DNA from: an uncultured Collinsella sp.
GTDB lineage: Bacteria; Actinomycetota; Coriobacteriia; Coriobacteriales; Coriobacteriaceae
NCBI GenBank assembly: GCA_900752475.1
Contig: CAADVJ010000129.1
Span: 1 to 35,552 of the forward strand
Direction: 5' to 3'
DNA length: 35,552 nucleotides
Position numbers and translations under genes: made by a program. The notes under the pieces are model-generated. The model did no database searches, was not told where the DNA came from, and worked only from the letters and a program-made list of their open reading frames with translations. Below are positions 1-9,046 of this stretch, piece by piece (position 1 is the first letter of the stretch; every line of letters starts with the position of its first letter).

Positions 1-92
1 GCCTCTGGCACTTCAACAACATTGTCGCAGCCCCGACCCGCGGTCACGAGCGGGGGCTCCTGTCGTTTCCGTGCCCCTGGATTGGGTCATAG
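1..92. mobile_element. Probable terminal segment of an insertion sequence (possibly IS30 family) interrupting the PTS EIICB gene; continues off the left edge
   Basis: Similarity of ORF 71..1516 to the paralog at 5129..6823 starts abruptly at ~93 (xSVTQ vs LSVTN). No forward frame of 1-92 resembles the expected EIIC N-terminus. Contains a GC hairpin (~29-58) and ends ...CCCCTGGATTGGGTCATAG. The IS30 family guess is from recollection of Collinsella elements, unverified. Confidence 0.55.
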
Positions 93-1516
93 TGTCTGTT
101 ACGCAGTTCACCACCAAGTTCAACGGCTCCGAGCTTTCGGTCTTCGATTGCACCAGCATGGGTACACGCGGTCTGTTCTCGGCCTATATCGCAGCGTTCA
201 TTACCGTTTGGGTTTATAAGTTCTGCGTCTCGCGCGATCTGACCATTAAGCTGCCCAAGGAGGTTCCGGGCGCCATCGCTCAGAACTTCCGCGACATCAT
301 CCCCTTCGGTGGCGCTGTCATCATCTGCGGCATCATCGATGTCGTCGTGCGCAACCTCATGGGCGTTCCGTTCTCCGAGCTGCTTATCAAACTGCTCTCC
401 CCGCTCTTCACTGCGGCAGAGACCTACCCCGGACTCATCCTTATTCAGGCGGCCACCGCGTTCTTCTGGTTCATCGGCGTCCACGGCCCTTCGATTGTCC
501 AGCCGGGCATCGACCCCATCCGTCTTGCCAACCAGGCCGAGAACCTGCAGGTTCTGCTGGCCGGTGGCCACCCCGCCCACTCCCTCACCTTTAACATGTC
601 GCTCGTGGGTGAGTTCGGCGGCACCGGCGCCACGTTCATCGTGCCGCTTCTGCTGATTCTCTTTATGAAGTCCAAACAGCTCAAAGCCGTCGGCAAGGCC
701 TCGATTGTTCCTGTTGCCTTCGCCGTCAACGAACCGCTGCTCTTTGGCGCGCCGATGATCCTTAACCCCTACATGCTCATCCCCTTTGTTGCCGCCGGCT
801 GCGTCAACGTGAGTGTTGCCAAGTTCTTTATCGACAACGTGGGCATGAACGGCTTCTCCTTCGTGGTGCCTTGGGCTACCCCTGCCCCCATCGGCATCTT
901 CATCACTACAAACTTCCAGCTTATCGCCCTGGTATTTGTCGCGATCATCATCTTGCTGGACGCCATCATCTACCTGCCGTTCTTGAAGGCATACGATAAG
1001 CTGCTCTGCGACCAGGAAGCCGAGCGCGCCGCCGAGCTGGGTCTCGAGTCCGATGGTGCTGCCACCATCGCCGCCAGCACCTCTGCGCCCGCTGTCGAGC
1101 AGGCCACCGCTGCCGTCGAGCCGACCGCCGCTGCCGCTGACAGCAAGCCTGTCGCCGATCAGCCCGAGCCCGCTGCCGACGCATCCGCTAAGAAGGATGT
1201 CGACGGTCTGAAGGTCCTCGTCCTGTGCGCCGGCGCCGGCACCTCTGCCATGCTCGCCAACGCCATCAAGGAAGGTGCTGCGCAGACCGGAGAGAACATC
1301 GCTTCCTCCGCAGGCGCCTATGGCCAGCACACTGCCATCATGGATCAGTACGACGTCATCGTGCTCGCTCCGCAGGTTCGTAGCTACTACAACGACATGA
1401 AGGCCGACACCGATCGTCTGGGCATTAAGCTGCTCGCCCCGCGCGGCAAGGAATATATCGACCTTACCCGCGACCCCGCTGGCGCCATCAAGTGGCTCCG
1501 CGAGAACCTCGACTAG
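93..1516 (+). pseudogene. lacE: 5'-truncated lactose/cellobiose-family PTS EIICB (lacks ~119 N-terminal residues)
   Basis: Motifs IKLPKEVPGAIAQNFRD, FWFIGVHG, FAVNEPLLFGAP and EIIB VLVLCAGAGTS. Aligns to the paralog only from its residue ~120. Lies directly upstream of lacG. Confidence 0.8.
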
Positions 1517-1591
1517 TTCCTCCCTCTGTTGGTGCCCGGATCCCCAGTTCGGGCACCTCTCCCTATTCGTATCCCACAGAAAGGATGACTC

Positions 1592-3013
1592 ATGATCAAC
1601 CCCATGCAGTTCCCCGACGGCTTTGTGTTTGGCGGCGCCACCGCCGCTTACCAGGTTGAGGGCGAGACCCGCACGCACGGCAAGGGCAAAGTGCCCTGGG
1701 ACGATTTCCTGGCAGCTCAGGGTCGCTTCTCCCCCGATCCCGCAAGCGATTTCTACAACAAGTACCCGGTCGATATCGACCTGTGCCAGCGCTTCGGCAT
1801 CAACGGCATCCGTGTCTCCATCGCCTGGAGCCGCATCTTCCCCAACGGCACCGGTGAGATTAACCCCGAGGGCGTCGCTTTCTATCACGAGCTTTTCGCC
1901 ACCTGCAACAAAGCTGGCGTTATCCCCTATGTCACGCTCGATCACTTTGATACGCCCGAGGCCTTTTACCAGAACGGCGGCGAGGGCTTCTTGACGCGCA
2001 CGACGATCGACGCCTTTGTCGAGTACGCCAAGTTCTGCTTTGCCGAGTTCACCGAGGTCAAGCACTGGTTTACCTTTAACGAGATTCCCGCGACCGCCGA
2101 GGGCAGCTTTATCGTCGGCAACTGGCCGCACGGCGAGAAGTATCGCCTGGACAAGGCTTTCCAGCTCATGCACAACATGATGGTGGCCCACGCCAAGGCC
2201 GTCGTCGCCTTCCATGAGGGCGGCTTTGAGGGCGAGATCGGCATTGTCCAGAACCTAGAGCCCAAGTATCCCCTCGATCCCAACAGCGCTGCCGACTGCG
2301 AGGCAGCTCGCATGGCCGACGTCATCAACAACCGCTGGGTACTCGACGCCACCTTCCGCGGCCACTATGCAGCCGACACCATGGAGGCTGCGACCAAGCT
2401 GGCCCATATCGCCGGCGGCGAGCTCGACGTCCGCGACGAGGACATCGCCGCGCTGACCGCCGCGCTCCCCTACAACGATTGCCTGGGCGTCAACACCTAC
2501 AAGTGCCAGTTCCTGCGTGCCGCCGAGGGCGAAAACGACATCAACCACAATGGCACCGGCGACAAGGGCTCCTCGCGCTGGTTCCTCAAGGGCGTGGGCG
2601 AGTCATGCGTGCGCGAAGGCGTACCCACCACCGATTGGGACTGGATTATCTATCCCGAGGGCCTCTACGACCTGCTGCTCCGCATTAAGAACGATTACCC
2701 CAACTACAAGAAGATCTACATCACCGAGAACGGCATGGGCTATAAGGACGACTTTGAGGACGGCTTTATCGACGACGCCCCTCGCATCGACTACATGCGT
2801 CAGCATCTCGCATGGATCCTCAAGGCAATCGACGGCGGCGTGAACGTCGACGGCTACTTTGTGTGGTCGCTGCAGGACCAGTTCTCCTGGACCAACGGCT
2901 ACAACAAGCGTTATGGCCTGTTCTACATCGACTTTGAGACCCAGAAGCGCTATCCCAAGGCGAGCGCGTACTGGTACAAGAACGTCGCGGAGACCGGCCT
3001 GCTTATGGCCTAG
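1592..3013 (+). CDS. lacG: 6-phospho-beta-galactosidase (GH1)
   Basis: FVFGGATAAYQVEG, TFNE acid/base motif, IYITENG nucleophile motif, FSWTNGYNKRYGLF; RBS AAAGGA upstream. Confidence 0.92.
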   Translation: MINPMQFPDGFVFGGATAAYQVEGETRTHGKGKVPWDDFLAAQGRFSPDPASDFYNKYPVDIDLCQRFGINGIRVSIAWSRIFPNGTGEINPEGVAFYHELFATCNKAGVIPYVTLDHFDTPEAFYQNGGEGFLTRTTIDAFVEYAKFCFAEFTEVKHWFTFNEIPATAEGSFIVGNWPHGEKYRLDKAFQLMHNMMVAHAKAVVAFHEGGFEGEIGIVQNLEPKYPLDPNSAADCEAARMADVINNRWVLDATFRGHYAADTMEAATKLAHIAGGELDVRDEDIAALTAALPYNDCLGVNTYKCQFLRAAEGENDINHNGTGDKGSSRWFLKGVGESCVREGVPTTDWDWIIYPEGLYDLLLRIKNDYPNYKKIYITENGMGYKDDFEDGFIDDAPRIDYMRQHLAWILKAIDGGVNVDGYFVWSLQDQFSWTNGYNKRYGLFYIDFETQKRYPKASAYWYKNVAETGLLMA

Positions 3014-3035
3014 TTTCCGCCGCATACCCCCTGTC

Positions 3036-3078
3036 GGCCGCATGCGAATCCCCCACGGGTTCGCATGTGGCCTTTTTT
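3036..3078 (+). terminator. Rho-independent terminator after lacG
   Basis: Stem GGCCGCATGCGAATCC / GGGTTCGCATGTGGCC followed by T6. Confidence 0.85.
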
Positions 3079-3101
3079 GTTTTGGCTCGGTCCGAACAGG
3101 C

Positions 3102-3326
3102 CGTTTGTCTCGATCTGTAATATCTAGCAGGGGTTTTCGGTCCTACCTGTTACAGATCCAGACAAACGAATGGCCCGAACTTGAAGATCTCGATCTGTAA
3201 CACGTAGCCCACTTTTAACCGTCTAACTGTTACAAATCGAGACAAACGCCACAGGTCAATCCCTTTAATCTCAATCTGTAACATCTAGCCGAGTTTTTCG
3301 ATTCCAACTGTTACAGATTGAGACAA
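3102..3326. repeat. Array of 3 palindromic units (period 80-81 bp)
   Basis: Arms TCTC(G/A)ATCTGTAA ... TTACA(G/A)AT(C/T)(G/C)AGACAA with a constant 29-nt interior. Left arms end at 3120, 3200, 3281; right arms start at 3150, 3230, 3311. Confidence 0.9.
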
Positions 3327-3382
3327 TTGGATAGTCAAATCCGCGCTTTCCAAGCAGCTGTGAAGCGCGCCTCTTTCCTTGT

Positions 3383-3457
3383 TTTCGGTATCACGAACAT
3401 ACTTTCGGTATCATTTAATGATATTATGATATCGAAAGTATGTTCGTGATACCGAAA
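3383..3457. promoter_or_regulatory. 32-bp inverted repeat (four TTTCGGTATCA-type boxes) over the fic promoter/RBS; candidate autoregulatory operator
   Basis: 3383-3414 vs 3426-3457 are reverse complements with one mismatch and an 11-nt loop; the right arm overlaps the RBS AAGGAG. Confidence 0.75.
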
Positions 3458-3465
3458 GGAGCCGC

Positions 3466-4698
3466 ATGCGCCAGTTCGATTACACCACAGTCCCAGCGGA
3501 ACTCGAAGCAACTCCAATCACCAACCTCCTCCTCTCGATACGCGAGCATAAAGGCCGTCAGCTTGCTCTGAGTCAAGTCAAACCCGAGCTTCTATCGTCC
3601 CTAATGGAGGAGGCTAAGATCCAAAGCACCCGATCCTCCAACGGACTTGAAGGAATTTATACCACCCAAAAAAGACTCAAAGCGATCATGGCGTATTCCG
3701 CCAAGCCAAGCTCCCGCGCAGAGGAAGAAATCGCTGGATACCGAGATGTGCTGTCGCTTATTCACGAGCAACACGATTCCATTCCCGTAACGCCATCGGT
3801 CATTCTGCAGTTGCATCGTGACCTCATGGCGCACACGGCAATCTCGTATGGAGGCCACTGGAAAGATAGCGATAACGAAATCGTCTCCATTGACGATCAA
3901 GGTAATCGATTTGTGCGCTTTAGGCCCCCTTCGGCTCTAGCAACCCCGGGACTTATTAAAGAAGCCTGCCAGTCCCTCAACGACGCCTTATCTCGTCAAG
4001 TTTGCGACCCCCTCCTTATATCATTCCGCTTTATCTTCGATTTTGTTAGCATTCATCCCTTCAACGATGGCAATGGCAGGATGAGCCGGCTCCTTACAAC
4101 GCTGCTGCTCGAAAAGACTGGATACGACGTTGCGCGTTACATCAGCATCGAACGACTTATTGAAGACAACAAAGCGCTTTACTACAACGCCCTCGCTGCA
4201 AGCTCCACTGGATGGAATGAAAATCAAAACACCGAAGTACCCTTTATCCGTTTCATGCTCGGAACAACCCTGGCCGCCTACCGACAGCTCGAGCAGCGTA
4301 CCTTAATTGAATCAAGCACTCGTCCCATGTCGAAGCAAGCGCGCATCGCTGTTCTATTTCAACAGAGACCCGGCATCATTAAGAAATCCGACATCCGGTC
4401 CAACTGCCCCGATATCAGCGAGGTAACCGTTAAACGAACCCTCGGTCAGCTTGTTAGTTGCAGCGCAATCGAAAAAACAGGAGCGGGCCGTTCGACGGGC
4501 TACATACTCAAAGACGTCCATGCTCTAGAACTATTCTTGCAATCCACAATACACGATGGCGAGGCCGCAATAACAAAAGAGGCCCCAAAGGATAAGCTCC
4601 TTGAACGTGTAAACCACGCCGAGGATGAAAGCAGAGAGGGGCTCTATGAAGACTACGATTCATTCTCAAGGGGCATAAAGACGAAATACGGAGTCTAG
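3466..4698 (+). CDS. Fic family protein with C-terminal winged-HTH and an extra C-terminal tail
   Basis: Canonical Fic motif HPFNDGNGRMSR (from 4054); inhibitory SxxxEG motif SNGLEG (3637-3654); wHTH-like ISEVTVKRTLGQLV...KTGAGRSTGY. Confidence 0.9.
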   Translation: MRQFDYTTVPAELEATPITNLLLSIREHKGRQLALSQVKPELLSSLMEEAKIQSTRSSNGLEGIYTTQKRLKAIMAYSAKPSSRAEEEIAGYRDVLSLIHEQHDSIPVTPSVILQLHRDLMAHTAISYGGHWKDSDNEIVSIDDQGNRFVRFRPPSALATPGLIKEACQSLNDALSRQVCDPLLISFRFIFDFVSIHPFNDGNGRMSRLLTTLLLEKTGYDVARYISIERLIEDNKALYYNALAASSTGWNENQNTEVPFIRFMLGTTLAAYRQLEQRTLIESSTRPMSKQARIAVLFQQRPGIIKKSDIRSNCPDISEVTVKRTLGQLVSCSAIEKTGAGRSTGYILKDVHALELFLQSTIHDGEAAITKEAPKDKLLERVNHAEDESREGLYEDYDSFSRGIKTKYGV

Positions 4699-4806
4699 TC
4701 ATATCCCAGAATAGCCACATCCTTGTTGCCCAAAGTTATTTGCGTGTCATTGTAAAGCGGTATCCCCGCGCCGGCAGGGGGGCAGAAGTATCGCCTGCTG
4801 CACTAG

Positions 4807-4966
4807 CTAGCAGATGACCTGCGTGTGCTCCTCGATGGCGGCACGGTCCTCGGCCGTGGGCCCGACAAAGGCGGCGGTGCGGCGGCGGTACATGCCGCCT
4901 ACCAGGCACAGGTCACAGTCCTCGCGCGCCTCGAGCAGGCTAAAGACCGAAAGCGAGTTGGTCACA
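4807..4966 (-). pseudogene. Diverged remnant of the lacR 3' half with an internal 237-bp deletion
   Basis: 4807-4854 matches 9166-9213 and 4855-4966 matches 9451-9562, joined at the microhomology TCCTCGGC. Confidence 0.9.
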
Positions 4967-5052
4967 TAGATGGAAGGCAGCTTGTCGGTGACTCGGAGAG
5001 CGCCAATGCGATCTCACGACGGTTGCGCTCATTGTCTCAATTAGATACTCAA

Positions 5053-5093
5053 CGAAATACGGACCCGCAGCTCAAATAAGCTGCGGGTCCGTA
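5053..5093 (-). terminator. Terminator after the second EIICB gene
   Basis: Perfect 15-bp stem TACGGACCCGCAGCT / AGCTGCGGGTCCGTA (5058-5072, 5079-5093); only a short U-tail. Confidence 0.75.
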
Positions 5094-5128
5094 CTATACG
5101 CCGACGAATCAACGACGGAGTGCATCCA

Positions 5129-6823
5129 CTATTTAGCCAGCTCCTGAACGATCCAGTCAATTGCACCTTCGGGATCGTTGGTAAGGTCGATATACTCCTT
5201 GCCCCTTGTGGTGAGCAGTTTAATTCCAAGGCGATCGGTATCGGCCTTCATAGCGTCATAGTACATGCGTGCCTGGGGCGCCAGAACAATCACGTTGTAC
5301 TGATCCATCGTATCATAGTGGCTTCCGTACGCACCGGACTGAGAAACCAGATCGATACCCTTAGCAGCGGCGCCTTCGCGAAGAGCATTTGCCAAGAGAG
5401 TCGAAGTGCCGGCACCCTGGCAAAGCACAAGCACGCGGATCTGCTCCGCCTTGTCCTTTACCGCCTCGAGAGCTTTTGCGACATTTTCCTGTGCGGCAAT
5501 AGCATCTGCATCCGAGGTTCCTGCAGTCTCCTTTGCAGACTCTTCCAAACAAAGCTGATGGTCATACGCCTTGCAGAACGGATAGTAAATCACAAAGTCA
5601 ACGACCAACAGCACTGCAATCAATACAAGAGAACGTACATCAAGACCTGTGGTGAGGAATGCACCGATTGGGCCGGGAAGCGCCCACGGCATGGTATACA
5701 TGGGGGCGTTCATTCCAATGACGTCAATGAAAAACTTACCGATTATAGCGTTGACCATAGGAGCCGCTAGGAAGGGCACGAACATATAGGGATTGAGAAC
5801 AATCGGCATACCGAAGAGAACGGGCTCGTTAACTCCAAAAATCACCGGGATAATCGATGCCTTGCCCATGGCTTTAAGCTGCTTGGAACGCATAAACATG
5901 ATCAGGATAATAGGAACGATGAACGTGCAGCCAGAACCGCCCAGACCGCCGATGAAGTTTGTAAAGTCCAGCGCGAGAGCAATTGACGGGTGTCCACCTG
6001 CTTGGTAAACCGCAAGATTGGTAACGGTATTGTCGTAGAGCGCAGCATTGATCGGAGTCATGACAACCGAGGCACCGTGAATGCCCATAAATTGGAAAAG
6101 TGCGACCGCGCCCTCGATAAGCGCCATGCCAGGATAGGTGTCGACCGCGGAGAACAGCGGCGAGATAAGAGCGGATACCAAATTGGCGAACGGCACAGCA
6201 AGCAGCTTACGGCTCGCGAGATCGATAAAAGCGCACGCAAGGATCGAAAACCCAAACGCAAAGATATCGCGAAAACTCTGCGCAATAGAGCCAGGGACCT
6301 CTTTGGGGAGCTTGATCGTCACATTATGGCTAATGCACACCTTATAGATATTAACGGTCAAGAATGCGGATACGAACGCAGCGATAAAACCCTTGGTTCC
6401 CATGTAGCCGGTTTCAAAAACAGACGTATCTGCTCCGCCAATCGAGACAACATCGTTCGTCACCGATAGCAAGAACATGCCGCACATGGCACAAACCATG
6501 CACGAGGTGGGGTTGAGAGATTTGCCCGAAGGCATGCGGCGGTTCATCGACTTGGCAAGTGAGCTCGCCGTGGTGCCGGCCACCATAATGCCAAGAAGCC
6601 CCATGGTATATGCATAGATTTTATTGAAGAAATCCAGCACCTCAGACGGAAGCGCGATGCCTACATAGGCAGGGAGCGTCGAAAGAAGAAGGAACAGACT
6701 CGAGAACAGCACAATTGGCATATTCGAGAGAAAGCCATCCTTAATCGCCACCAGATAAATGTTCCTCGAGATTTTGTCGAAGAGGGCCTGGTGTTTTTCA
6801 AGGAATTTGACGATAGCGTCCAT
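5129..6823 (-). CDS. lacE: Lactose/cellobiose-family PTS EIICB (intact paralog, 564 aa)
   Basis: N-terminus MDAIVKFLEK...ISRNIYLVAIKDGF typical of LacE; GVNEPVLFGMP; EIIB VLVLCQGAGTS. ATG at 6823 with RBS AAAGGA preferred over the ORF-track start at 6895. Confidence 0.88.
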   Translation of the reverse strand: MDAIVKFLEKHQALFDKISRNIYLVAIKDGFLSNMPIVLFSSLFLLLSTLPAYVGIALPSEVLDFFNKIYAYTMGLLGIMVAGTTASSLAKSMNRRMPSGKSLNPTSCMVCAMCGMFLLSVTNDVVSIGGADTSVFETGYMGTKGFIAAFVSAFLTVNIYKVCISHNVTIKLPKEVPGSIAQSFRDIFAFGFSILACAFIDLASRKLLAVPFANLVSALISPLFSAVDTYPGMALIEGAVALFQFMGIHGASVVMTPINAALYDNTVTNLAVYQAGGHPSIALALDFTNFIGGLGGSGCTFIVPIILIMFMRSKQLKAMGKASIIPVIFGVNEPVLFGMPIVLNPYMFVPFLAAPMVNAIIGKFFIDVIGMNAPMYTMPWALPGPIGAFLTTGLDVRSLVLIAVLLVVDFVIYYPFCKAYDHQLCLEESAKETAGTSDADAIAAQENVAKALEAVKDKAEQIRVLVLCQGAGTSTLLANALREGAAAKGIDLVSQSGAYGSHYDTMDQYNVIVLAPQARMYYDAMKADTDRLGIKLLTTRGKEYIDLTNDPEGAIDWIVQELAK

Positions 6824-7116
6824 AACACATCCTTTCATGATTCCCGGGCACACAACGATATATCCGGACTCAACCGTCGTCGTCCCCGTTTGCATCCACT
6901 TATAGTAAGTGAATACGTTCTTGTGCGAAATGTAATATCATTTACGCGATTTGTCATAACCAATTCTTTTTCCGCTTTGTCGATATGTCAAGAATTCAAA
7001 TACTTATTCGGTGAATGGTAGTTGATTTATATAAGGTTTTCCCAGCTAAAGGCCATTTTTTCCGAGCAGTACAATAAGTTTGCAACCGTTCACCGATTGG
7101 ATATAACATATTTAAT

Positions 7117-7134
7117 ATATTGTTGTAACAATAT
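7117..7134. promoter_or_regulatory. Palindromic GntR/HutC-type operator candidate in the divergent promoter region
   Basis: ATATTGTT-GT-AACAATAT perfect 8-bp arms; related TTGTCATAACCAA at ~6951-6963; GntR gene in the same block. Confidence 0.5.
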
Positions 7135-7180
7135 TAGTGACGATGTCACAAGCCTGTCGTTCTAGTCAAAGGAAGTAACA

Positions 7181-8101
7181 ATGCCCAAACGATTACTGAA
7201 CATGTCCGCATCCGATTTTGCCACCACGTCACCCATGGATCTAAAGCAGGCAATTCTGGCCTCCGAGGGACGTACCATCATGGCGGAAAACGTACCCTCT
7301 TCCCAATTTCTCAGCGGCGTTACTAATGCAGAAATCGAACGTGCCGCAGGTGCCGACCTGCTTCTGTTTAACGCGTTCGATGTGTTCGATCCAGTTATTG
7401 CCGGTATTCCAGATGATCTCAATGAAAACCCGGTCACTTGGGTGAAGCGAGCATGCGGAAGGCCGATTGGCGTCAATCTGGAGCCAGTTGATAACGAGGC
7501 AGAGATGTCTGAATCCCGTACGGAAATCCCCATGGGCCGTCGCGTCTCTCCCAAGACCTTAGAAAAGGCTAACGAACTCGGATTTGATTTTATCTGCCTG
7601 ACGGGCAACCCTGGAACTGGCGTCTCCAACGATGCGATCGCCCATTCGATTAAACTCTCCAAAGAGCATTTCAATGGCCTGATCATAGCCGGAAAAATGC
7701 ATGGAGCAGGCGTTGCGGAACCTGTCATGACACTCGAAATAGCGCGCGAGTTTGTTGACCTCGGTGTCGATATCCTTCTCGTGCCAGCCCCCTACACCGT
7801 CCCCTGCTTCCAAGAAGCAGACCTGCGCGCCATCGTAGACTTTGTACGATCCTACAACGTAGGCAAGTCAATTGAAGAGAAGGTTCTCGTCATGGCGGCG
7901 AACGGGACGAGTCAAGACTCTTGCGACAGCGAGACCATTAAGAAAATAGGCCTTGCAGCAAAAGCAGCCGGCGCTGACCTCCAACATATCGGGGACTCCA
8001 TGAACGGTATTTGCCTGCCCCAGAATATCTTCACGCTCGGACAAGCCCTTCGTGGATACAGGCATCAGATCATCATGCTGAGCCGCTCTGTGATACGTTA
8101 A
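7181..8101 (+). CDS. Uncharacterised TIM-barrel-like protein of the family often annotated 'PEP phosphonomutase-like', found beside PTS genes
   Basis: KRLL...ASDF...LKQAILASEGRTI, GADLLLFN, LTGNPGTGVSN, IIAGKMHGAGV, GADLQHIGD motifs; RBS AAGGA. Confidence 0.65.
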   Translation: MPKRLLNMSASDFATTSPMDLKQAILASEGRTIMAENVPSSQFLSGVTNAEIERAAGADLLLFNAFDVFDPVIAGIPDDLNENPVTWVKRACGRPIGVNLEPVDNEAEMSESRTEIPMGRRVSPKTLEKANELGFDFICLTGNPGTGVSNDAIAHSIKLSKEHFNGLIIAGKMHGAGVAEPVMTLEIAREFVDLGVDILLVPAPYTVPCFQEADLRAIVDFVRSYNVGKSIEEKVLVMAANGTSQDSCDSETIKKIGLAAKAAGADLQHIGDSMNGICLPQNIFTLGQALRGYRHQIIMLSRSVIR

Positions 8102-8155
8102 GATTGTTGCGCTCAAGCTACATCCCGACTGAGGCAACCATCAGATACCACCAAT

Positions 8156-8893
8156 ATGCAAACTGAGGCTCTAATGCTCGATACACATGAAAAACGGCCA
8201 CTCTATTTACAGCTCACCGACGCGCTGCTCAAGCAGATCGTCGATGTGTATCAAGCAGACGATAAACTTCCAACAGAAATGGAACTCTGCGACGAATACG
8301 CCGTAAGCAGAACAACCGTCCGACTTGCCATGAGTGAGCTGGAGCGTCGTGGAAGTATCTATCGAATCCAAGGTAAGGGATCGTTTGTCGCACCGAAACG
8401 CGTTAGCGAGCTCAATTCACTTTTAGACTTTGACTTTGCAAGCCATTGCGATGGCGTTGATCCGGATGCCATCACCAAACATTTCGGCGGCCTCACATCA
8501 GGTCGTCCAATTTCCGTAATGATGCTCCAACAATTTGGATGTCAAAGTCGCGATGAGATTCAGCGTCTTGAATTGACCTACGAACTTGAAGGCAGCTTCA
8601 TAGGCGCTGATACGTTCTTCATTTCAAAGTCGCGCGTTCCGAATAACCAGTTAGATTTTCAGACATTTAGCAGAATCATGGACGACTTGTCCAAGTCTAT
8701 CCAATCTGTTAGAGAAAGCTATAGAGCACGTGAGCTTAGCGATTCCGAAGCCAGCAATTATGGTGTTGCAAAACTTCCGGTCATCGAACTGACTCATTAT
8801 GCTTACGACTCCGGAGGCAAACTAATCTCAATTGTCTGCCGCACCGTCTTAACTGGGCGAATCCCTTATCAAAACTTTATTTTCAAGTCCTAA
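8156..8893 (+). CDS. GntR (HutC-like) transcriptional regulator, divergent UTRA domain; start may be ATG 8174
   Basis: PLYLQL...[26 protein letters not shown]...QGKGSFV GntR HTH. Confidence 0.88.
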   Translation: MQTEALMLDTHEKRPLYLQLTDALLKQIVDVYQADDKLPTEMELCDEYAVSRTTVRLAMSELERRGSIYRIQGKGSFVAPKRVSELNSLLDFDFASHCDGVDPDAITKHFGGLTSGRPISVMMLQQFGCQSRDEIQRLELTYELEGSFIGADTFFISKSRVPNNQLDFQTFSRIMDDLSKSIQSVRESYRARELSDSEASNYGVAKLPVIELTHYAYDSGGKLISIVCRTVLTGRIPYQNFIFKS

Positions 8894-8905
8894 TGTTCTT
8901 TTTCT

Positions 8906-9046
8906 TTTGTCTCGATCTGTAACACGTAGCCGAGTTTTTAAGTCCTAACCGTTACAGATCGAGACAAACAAGGTAGACCCCGCCGAATTGTCTCAATCTG
9001 TAACATCTGGTTGGTGGTTTCACCCCTACCTGTTACAGGTTGAGAC
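8906..9046. repeat. Second array of 2 palindromic units, same family as 3102-3326
   Basis: TTTGTCTCGATCTGTAA (8906-8922) / TTACAGATCGAGACAAA (8952-8968); TTGTCTCAATCTGTAA (8988-9003) / TTACAGGTTGAGAC (9033-9046); 29-nt interiors, period 81. Confidence 0.9.

Noticed and set aside
1050..1190. Ala/Pro-rich GCTGCCGTCGAG-type repeats in the EIIC-EIIB linker
   Set aside because: Ordinary flexible PTS interdomain linker
44..2215. 723-aa minus-strand ORF and other long antisense ORFs (e.g. 12281..13810, 16865..18022, 24107..26350, 33687..34934)
   Set aside because: Shadows of real genes on the opposite strand caused by high-GC codon bias; no recognisable motifs
3102..3326. Palindrome array as a CRISPR array or integron attC sites
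   Set aside because: Arms alternate in orientation, interiors are partly conserved and no cas genes are present; the TAAC...GTTA span is too short for attC and there is no integrase in the window
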